From the NCBI GenBank assembly GCA_043808095.1, contig JAZDFF010000031.1, forward strand, positions 101,073 to 165,072: DNA of 64,000 bases. The letters are read 5' to 3'. Of this stretch, positions 57,257 to 64,000 are shown in pieces. The position numbers were made by a program, and so were the translations under genes. The notes under the pieces are model-generated. The model worked only from the letters and a program-made list of their open reading frames with translations, was not told where the DNA came from and did no database searches. The stretch comes from Candidatus Omnitrophota bacterium (GTDB taxonomy: Bacteria; Omnitrophota; Gorgyraeia; JAZDFF01). Numbering within the stretch: the stretch's first letter is position 1; the number at the start of each line of letters is the position of its first letter.

Positions 57257-58626
57257 TTAGATTTTTTTAATCCCTAATTCTTTTAATTGTTTATCACTGA
57301 CCGTAGATGGCGCATCAGTTAAAGGACAACTCGCCTTCTGGGTTTTGGGAAAGGCGATCACCTCTCGAATCGAATTTACGCCGCTTAAGATTGCAATCAA
57401 TCTGTCTAAACCAAAGGCGATTCCGCCGTGAGGCGGGGCGCCGTATTTAAATGCCTCTAACAAAAAACCAAATCTTTCTTTTGACTCTTCTTGACCCAGG
57501 CCGATTGTCTTAAATATTTTCTCCTGGATTTTACTATCGTGAATTCTGATCGAGCCGCTTGCAATCTCGTTTCCGTTTAAGACTAAATCATAAGACCTTG
57601 ACCTTACTTTTCCGGGGTCGGTTTCAAGAAACGGAAAGTCATCGCTATTAGGTGCAGTAAAAGGATGATGTTCGCTCTCCCAGCGCTTCTCTTCTTCGTT
57701 GTATTTAAAAAGAGGGAATTCATTTACCCAAACAAAATAAAATTCTGCCTTTCCTACATTAGGCTTGTCGCTGTTATATTTTCCATCGCCTCTTTGTAGG
57801 ATATCCTCTTAAAAGGAATTTTAAGCTCGATATCTTTTGCAATCCTGAATATATTATACATCAATTTTTCAGAAATTCGAAAAATATCTTCCTCATCCAC
57901 AAACGACATCTCTAAATCAAGTTGAGTAAACTCTGGCTGGCGGTCAGCGCGCAGGTCTTCATCGCGAAAACACTTGGCAATCTGAAAATATTTATCCAGG
58001 CCCGCTACCATAAGTATCTGCTTAAAAAGCTGGGGCGATTGGGGAAGGGCAAAAAACTTTCCCGGGCTAAGCCTTGAAGGAACAAGATAGTCTCTTGCGC
58101 CTTCAGGCGTAGATTTAGTGAGAATTGGGGTTTCGACCTCAACAAATCCCTCTTCATTCAAGGTCTGGCGTATTGCCTTGTATATGTTATGGCGCAACAG
58201 GAGATTATTTAACATCCTAGGTCTTCTCAGATCCAGGTAGCGATAGGCGAGCCTGACTTCTTCAGAGACGTCGCTGTCGTCTTCTATTTCAAAAGGCAGG
58301 TCCTGACAAGGATTTAATACGGACAGCTCTTGGGCGTAAAGCTCAATTTTTCCGGTAGGGATCTTCGGATTTTCGGTTTTTTCAGGCCGGCTCTCGATTT
58401 TTCCTTTTACTAAGATGACGTATTCATTGCGTAATTCGTTTGCCTTTTCATGAATTGAATGCGACTCTTTTGGATTGAAAACTACTTGAATTAAACCAGT
58501 CCTATCCCTTAGATCAATAAAAATAAGTTTTCCGTGGTCGCGCCTGCGATGGACCCAACCCACTAAGACAACATTCTGACCGATATCTTTTTCTCTTATT
58601 TCTGCGCAATAATGCGTTCTCGTCAT
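57257..58626 (-). pseudogene. aspS: aspartyl-tRNA synthetase (short, archaeal/type-2 length ~455 aa) interrupted by a single 1-nt frameshift near 57775..57783
   Basis: The first 290 aa (anticodon-binding OB plus the class-II motif region) end at …ISYKEAMEN. Re-reading 57257..57776 in the adjacent frame gives a continuous …[25 protein letters not shown]…[25 protein letters not shown]… C-terminus ending at the 57257 stop. The shift lies in an A/T-rich run. Confidence 0.7.
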
Positions 58627-59882
58627 CGTTTTTCTAACTTCTTATACAATTCTTCGAGACTAATTTTTGATTGCTCTCCAAAGCGCATATCCTTCAGAGT
58701 AACTAGATTTTGACTAACCTCTTCGTCTCCCAACAGGATTACAAAATCTGTCTTCAGTTTATCCGCAGCGCGCATCTGGGCCTTTAATGACTTTGCCTCA
58801 TAATCAATCTCTGCAGAAATTCCGCGCCTTCTTAAATTATTTAGAATCACAAAGGCCTGATTATAACAATTCTGACCGATCGAGACAATATAGGTATCCA
58901 GTTTATCTGGCCTTGAGATCTTTTTCTTTTTATCTGCGCCAAGACTTAAAATTAATCTCTCAAGGCCAATGGCGAACCCTACTGCGGGCACGCAAATTCC
59001 GCCTAGTTCCTCTGCCAGATTATCGTAACGGCCACCAGCAGCAACGGCATCTTGACTGCCTAAATTATGGTGAGTAATTTCAAAAACTGTGCGGGTGTAA
59101 TAATCAAGGCCTCTTACAAGATGAGGCGATATCAAATATTGGATTTTTTGTAATTGTAAGGCCTCTTTTACTTTTTCAAAATGCGTTTTACAATCCTGGC
59201 AGAGATACTCGGGGCCTAAATCTAACTCACCGATAATTTCCCGGCAGGACTTGTTTTTACAATCCAAGATTCTTAAGACATTGCGTTTAAATCTATCTTT
59301 ACAAAGTGCACATAAATGGTTTAGTCTGGGTTTTAGCTTTTCTCTTAAAACCTCAGAAAAATTTTTCGTATCATTTTTGCAACCGAGATTATTTATAAAT
59401 AATTTGTAGTCATTTATACCCAAACCTTCTAAGATATTTAGACAAAGAGAAATAACTTCGCTATCTAAGTAAGGGCTGGTTGAACCGAGTGCCTCACAAC
59501 CGATATGGTTAAATTGGCGCAGTCTTCCTTTTTGCGGTCTTTCTGCCCTAAACATCGGTCCGATATAATAAAATTTGTTAAACCCTGATTTTTGATACAA
59601 ACCGTGTTCTAAATAGGCCCGTATAATCGAAGCGGTTGCTTCAGGCCGTAATACCAAAGAGGCGTCTCCTTTAGAAACTACTGAAAACATCTGCTTCTGA
59701 ACTACTTCACTGGCCTTGCCTAAAGAACGCACAAAAAGCTGAGCTTCCTCAAACAAGGGAGTACGGATCTCTTTGTATGCGTAAAGGTTAAAGATACGAG
59801 AAACTGATCCTTCAATTTCCTGGTATAATCCAACCTCTTCAGGCAGGATATCTTTTGTACCGCGGGGAGATTTGATTATCAT
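58623..59882 (-). CDS. hisS: histidine--tRNA ligase
   Basis: [17 protein letters not shown]…, class II motifs, and a 4-nt overlap with aspS. Confidence 0.85.
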   Translation of the reverse strand: MIIKSPRGTKDILPEEVGLYQEIEGSVSRIFNLYAYKEIRTPLFEEAQLFVRSLGKASEVVQKQMFSVVSKGDASLVLRPEATASIIRAYLEHGLYQKSGFNKFYYIGPMFRAERPQKGRLRQFNHIGCEALGSTSPYLDSEVISLCLNILEGLGINDYKLFINNLGCKNDTKNFSEVLREKLKPRLNHLCALCKDRFKRNVLRILDCKNKSCREIIGELDLGPEYLCQDCKTHFEKVKEALQLQKIQYLISPHLVRGLDYYTRTVFEITHHNLGSQDAVAAGGRYDNLAEELGGICVPAVGFAIGLERLILSLGADKKKKISRPDKLDTYIVSIGQNCYNQAFVILNNLRRRGISAEIDYEAKSLKAQMRAADKLKTDFVILLGDEEVSQNLVTLKDMRFGEQSKISLEELYKKLEKR

Positions 59883-59888
59883 TTGGCA

Positions 59889-59929
59889 AACGAGGGCGGT
59901 GAGAAAACCTCTAAATAACCGCCCTCGTT
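59889..59929 (-). terminator. 12-bp perfect hairpin AACGAGGGCGGT…ACCGCCCTCGTT downstream of HU gene
   Basis: A strong GC stem between the HU stop and the hisS start. The T-tract is weak. Confidence 0.35.
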
Positions 59930-59963
59930 AATTGACTTTTATTGGTTATGTCTATAACTTAAA

Positions 59964-60236
59964 TTATCTTACTTTCTTTTTCATTTCCAGACCAGGTTTA
60001 AATACCGCTACTTTCCTGGGAGGAACAGGAACAACCTGACCTGTACGTGGGTTTCTACCGGTTCGGCTACGTCTTTCTTTTACCTTAAAGATGCCAAAAT
60101 TACGCAGTTCTACCTTCTCGCCTCGACTTAAGGCCTCGACAATACAATCAAAGGTCTTCTGAACAATTGCCTTAACCTCAATCTGCTTTATCCCGGTATT
60201 ATCAGAAACTTTCAAAACAATATCTTTCTTGGTCAT
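59964..60236 (-). CDS. hup: HU/IHF-family nucleoid-associated DNA-binding protein
   Basis: …RNFGIFKVKERRSRTGRNPRTGQ… beta-arm signature. GGAGG sits 8 nt before the ATG at 60236. Confidence 0.8.
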   Translation of the reverse strand: MTKKDIVLKVSDNTGIKQIEVKAIVQKTFDCIVEALSRGEKVELRNFGIFKVKERRSRTGRNPRTGQVVPVPPRKVAVFKPGLEMKKKVR

Positions 60237-60419
60237 CAAAAACACCTCCTTTGAAATATGTAACTATAGTATCAACAAAAACTTACGAAGTCAAGGAAAA
60301 TCGTTTTCGGGAAAGATTCTTGCGATTTTCCTTGATCCTGAGGATCTTTAATTTGTTTTAAAATCATCGCAATTTTAGTATATCTTGAGCCTAAAAAGGC
60401 CGATATAATTTCTTATTTC

Positions 60420-60615
60420 AGTTTGAAGTTATAAGCTACGACGGGATCTAGCTTGTCCCCCTTCGGGGGATGTCGCTAAATGGGCAAGTTGCTTATTTAG
60501 TAGGGGGATAACCCGCCGAAGCTGAAGACGAAAGTTCTTCAGCGAAGGAGGGTAAATTTAGGTACCACGCCTGCGTGCCGTAACGCCGCACTTCGGCGTG
60601 CAGGCGTGGGATATT
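60420..60615. ncRNA. GC-rich, highly structured ~195-nt element (possible small RNA or REP-like element), strand unknown
   Basis: Nested perfect stems with UUCG/GAAA tetraloops: GTCCCCC-TTCG-GGGGAT; GAAGAC-GAAAGT-TCTTC; CACGCCTGC[GTGCCGTA ACGCCG-CACTT-CGGCGT]GCAGGCGTG. No ORF. Confidence 0.3.
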
Positions 60616-60618
60616 CCA

Positions 60619-63600
60619 TCACCATTTAAAAGTAAGGACGCTTCCCCCCAGCAAATCTTCTAAGCTGGTGATAAGCTCTTTGGTTGGCTGGATATAAAAA
60701 TCCTCTCCCACAATGATTTGAATTCTACGGCTAGTCGCCGAAGGGATATGCAGATACACCGGGACCTTGCCCGGCGAGGTAAGAAGTTTATCCTTGAGCA
60801 TCATCAGCAGGCTGTCTTTAGGATTAGGCATATCTATATATATGGAAGATATAGACTTAAATGCATATTCGATGGGCAAAAGATTATTGCTGATGATTTT
60901 AGGGCTTTCTTCTTTTAGGCTCAGTTTTCCTTTAATCAAAACTACACTATGTGGCTTTAGATAATGCGAGACCTTCTGAAAAACCTTGGGAAAAACTAAG
61001 ACCTCTGTCGATCCGCCAAGATCCTCGAGTTTTAAAATGGCCATGCGTTCATTTTTATCACGGGTGGTTACTTGTTTTATTGCACTTAGTAGACCTCCGA
61101 TACTTATTTCTTCTCCTTCTTTATGGTTAACCAAATCCACTACCGAAGCATTGGTAAATCTCTTAATTTCAACCTCGTAGCGCGCCAAGGGATGTCCAGT
61201 AACATAAAAACCAAGAATCTCTTTTTCAAAACTTAATACCTGTAGCTTTGGCCATTCGTTAATCTTAGGGATTTCCTGTAGCCGATTCACAAATGTTTGA
61301 TTGGCTCCTCGCTGGTCGAAAAAGGAAAGCTGGCCACTGCTTCTTTCCTTCTGGATACTCGCGGCCATATCTAGGGCACTATCTAAGATAGACATTAATT
61401 GTGCCCGATATAAGCCAAAACTATCAAAGGCCCCGCATTTAATTAAACTTTCGAGCACCTTGTGGTTTACTAACCTTAAATCAACTCTTTCGCAGAAATC
61501 ATAAAGCGACTTAAACTTTTCCGAAGCCCTCTCCTTCAAAATTGATTCAATAGCGCCCCTGCCCACATTTTTAATAGCAATCAATCCAAAACGAATGACC
61601 TTATCTTTGACAATCGAGAAATTCGCCATGCTCTCATTTATGTCCGGAGGAAGTATCTTTATCCCCATGCGGTTTGCTTCATTGACATATTCCACGATTT
61701 TATCGGTATTATCTTTTTCGCTGGTGAGTAATGCGCTCATAAATTCAGTGGGATAGTTTGCCTTTAAGTAGGCAGTCCGATACGATATCACCGCATAGGC
61801 GGCAGAATGAGACTTGTTAAATCCGTAGCCAGAGAAAAACTCTACTAAAGCAAAGATTTTCTCAGCGATCCTGCGGTCGATCTTTTTATTAAGACACCCG
61901 ATTATAAACTCTTTTCTCTGGGTCTCCATAACTTCAGGAGTCTTTTTGCTCATCGCCCGTCTTAATAAATCAGCCTGGGAGAGCGAAAAACCCGCAAGTT
62001 CCGAGGCAATCCTCATGACTTGCTCCTGAAAAACAAGGATTCCGTAGGTCTCTTTTAAAATTGGCTCTAAACTTGGATGGTCATAGATAATCGGCACCTG
62101 TGCGTGCTTTCGTTTCATAAAATCATCAAGCATGCCGCTACCTATGGGGCCAGGACGGTAAAGCGCTAATAATGCAATCAGATCCTCAAATTTTGAAGGC
62201 ACCAGTTTTTTCAATAAATCGCGCATTCCCGAACTCTCAAGCTGAAACACCCCCATTGTCTCTGCCTTGGCAAGGAGTTTATAAGTCTTGGCGTCATCAA
62301 GAGGGATATTTCTGATATCTAAATCCACACCGTGTATTTTTTTTATTAGTTTGACGGTCTCACTGATAACCGTGAGAGTCCTTAGACCCAAAAAATCCAT
62401 TTTCAATAAACCGATTTTCTCCAAGGCCTCCATAGGATAACCGGTAGTAATCTGCCCCTCTCCTACCTTACACAGTGGCACATAATTTGTCAGAGGTATA
62501 TCTGCAATAACGACACCTGCGGCATGGACCGAGGCATGGCGGGTCAAACCTTCCAGACTTAAGGCGGTGTCAATAAGTTCTTTTATCCTTTCGTCGTTAT
62601 CATAAAGGTTGCGTAATTCCGATTCACTGCGCAGCGCATCCCTAAGCCGGATATTGGAATCAAAAGGAACGAGTTTGGCAATCCTGTCTACCTCAGGATA
62701 ACTAATACCCATAACCCTACCCACATCCCTTATTGCCGCCCGGGCCTGCATCGTCCCAAAGGTAATAATTTGGGCAACGCTGTCTTTGCCGTATTTTTCT
62801 GTTACATATTCAATGACCTCTGGCCGGCGTTCATAGCAAAAATCAATATCAATATCAGGCATACTAATTCGCTCGGGATTAAGAAATCTTTCAAAGATTA
62901 AATTATATCTTAGGGGGTCAATATCAGTTATGCCTAAGATATAGCTTACCAGGCTCCCTGCAGCCGAGCCTCTTCCCGGACCAACGGGAATAGAATTTTC
63001 CTTGGCATAACGGATAAAATCCCAGACAATCAAAAAATAACTGCTAAAACCGGTTTTCTCGATAATCTTTAATTCATGATTAAGCCTACTTTCTATTAAA
63101 GGTGTCACCTCTTTATATCTTTTGGTTATTCCTAGAAGACAGAGCTTTTTTAAATATTCCTCTTTGGACAGATTGTCAGGCGGATCATAACGCGGCAAAT
63201 GCGATTTGGTAAAATCTAATTCCAGGTTACATTTTTTGGCAATCTCAAGGGTATTAGTTATGGCCTGGGGCACATCTTTAAAGAGATGCTTCATTTCCTC
63301 GGGGCTTTTAAAATAAAATTCATCGGTCTGAAAACGCATATGGTTGGGATCATCAAGCGTAGACTGGGTCTGGATACACAGAAGCGCTTCATGGGCCTTG
63401 GCCTCATTTTTGTATAAATAATGGATGTCATTAGTGGCAACCAGAGGAAGATTCAAATCCTTGGAAGCCTTAATCAAGGCCTCATTGACTAATTTTTGTT
63501 CCGGGATCATATTTTCCTGTAGTTCAAGATAAAAATTGCCTTTTCCTAAAGTCTTAGAAAACTCATCAGCGACTTTGTACGCCTCTTTAATCTGGTTTTG

Positions 63601-64000
63601 TTGAATCAGACAAGGGATCTCGCCCTTTAAACAGGAGGATAAACCAATAAGCCCTTTTGAATATGCAGCTAATATTTCTTTATCAATCCTGGGCCGGTAA
63701 TAAAATCCCTCTAGATAACCAAATGAAACCAATTTCATCAAATTACCGTATCCTTCTTCGTTTTTAGCTAAAAGTATAAAATGGTGAGATGCCTCCTGGA
63801 TACTGATTGAAGTCTTTTTAAATCTGCTTTCAGGGGCAATATAGACTTCGCATCCGATTATCGGTTTTATGCCTTGGTTTAAGGCCTCGTTGTAAAACTC
63901 TACGGCACCAAAAAGATTGCCATGGTCGGTAATGGACAATGCGTCCATCCCATTTTTTTTAGCAAGTGAGACGATGTCGCTGATTTTACAGGCGCCGTCA
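60619..64000 (-). CDS. dnaE: DNA polymerase III alpha subunit, 5'-partial (start beyond window end)
   Basis: PHP N-terminal …ITDHGNLFGAVEFY…, a polymerase core, and an OB-fold. The reading frame continues open to nt 64000. Confidence 0.9.
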   Translation of the reverse strand, partial: DGACKISDIVSLAKKNGMDALSITDHGNLFGAVEFYNEALNQGIKPIIGCEVYIAPESRFKKTSISIQEASHHFILLAKNEEGYGNLMKLVSFGYLEGFYYRPRIDKEILAAYSKGLIGLSSCLKGEIPCLIQQNQIKEAYKVADEFSKTLGKGNFYLELQENMIPEQKLVNEALIKASKDLNLPLVATNDIHYLYKNEAKAHEALLCIQTQSTLDDPNHMRFQTDEFYFKSPEEMKHLFKDVPQAITNTLEIAKKCNLELDFTKSHLPRYDPPDNLSKEEYLKKLCLLGITKRYKEVTPLIESRLNHELKIIEKTGFSSYFLIVWDFIRYAKENSIPVGPGRGSAAGSLVSYILGITDIDPLRYNLIFERFLNPERISMPDIDIDFCYERRPEVIEYVTEKYGKDSVAQIITFGTMQARAAIRDVGRVMGISYPEVDRIAKLVPFDSNIRLRDALRSESELRNLYDNDERIKELIDTALSLEGLTRHASVHAAGVVIADIPLTNYVPLCKVGEGQITTGYPMEALEKIGLLKMDFLGLRTLTVISETVKLIKKIHGVDLDIRNIPLDDAKTYKLLAKAETMGVFQLESSGMRDLLKKLVPSKFEDLIALLALYRPGPIGSGMLDDFMKRKHAQVPIIYDHPSLEPILKETYGILVFQEQVMRIASELAGFSLSQADLLRRAMSKKTPEVMETQRKEFIIGCLNKKIDRRIAEKIFALVEFFSGYGFNKSHSAAYAVISYRTAYLKANYPTEFMSALLTSEKDNTDKIVEYVNEANRMGIKILPPDINESMANFSIVKDKVIRFGLIAIKNVGRGAIESILKERASEKFKSLYDFCERVDLRLVNHKVLESLIKCGAFDSFGLYRAQLMSILDSALDMAASIQKERSSGQLSFFDQRGANQTFVNRLQEIPKINEWPKLQVLSFEKEILGFYVTGHPLARYEVEIKRFTNASVVDLVNHKEGEEISIGGLLSAIKQVTTRDKNERMAILKLEDLGGSTEVLVFPKVFQKVSHYLKPHSVVLIKGKLSLKEESPKIISNNLLPIEYAFKSISSIYIDMPNPKDSLLMMLKDKLLTSPGKVPVYLHIPSATSRRIQIIVGEDFYIQPTKELITSLEDLLGGSVLTFKW

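Noticed and set aside
1-64000. CRISPR array
   Set aside because: Many short repeats exist, but none are regularly spaced direct repeats with unique spacers. They are palindromic or MITE-like and irregularly distributed.

Overview
This is an AT-rich (roughly 35-40% GC by eye) chromosomal segment from an uncultured bacterium that looks diderm. It encodes a beta-barrel outer membrane protein ending in Phe, an ExeA/GspB pair, SPOR and LysM proteins, and two PilZ genes. About 75 genes are tightly packed, mostly on the minus strand after ~22 kb.

Supported housekeeping genes include thiC (5' partial), aroB, lexA, dinB, arfB, apt, ppdK, glyQS, panB, panE, a GltD/SudA-like plus NfnA/SudB-like pair, apbE, PolX, a Hel308-like helicase, recO, the phoH-pgpH-ybeY operon, aspS (frameshifted), hisS, HU and dnaE (5' partial). 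There are two tRNAs, tRNA-Gly(CCC) on the plus strand and tRNA-Arg(CCT) on the minus strand.

Nucleotide second-messenger signalling is prominent: two GAF/HD-GYP proteins, the 7TM-HD protein PgpH, two PilZ proteins and a stand-alone receiver domain.

The most unusual content is as follows.
- A ParA/MinD-type ATPase is fused to an AMPK-beta/CBM48 glycogen-binding domain, next to a GH57 glucan enzyme; this may be a granule-positioning system.
- A perfect palindrome ACCACAC-N4-GTGTGGT sits in the promoters of both lexA and dinB; this is a candidate lineage-specific SOS box.
- A tRNA-Gly-proximal operon encodes an AAA ATPase followed by four different nucleotide phosphohydrolases.
- Several families of GC-rich, hairpin-forming, MITE-like intergenic repeats are scattered through the window, with compensatory base changes and terminal inverted repeats.
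- A four-helix-bundle (23S-IVS-type) gene is carried between CCAAT/ATTGG-rich inverted arms, and a cargo-less copy of the same arms lies 3.6 kb away.
- Heptanucleotide microsatellites sit inside two CDSs.

No CRISPR array, rRNA or obvious prophage was found.
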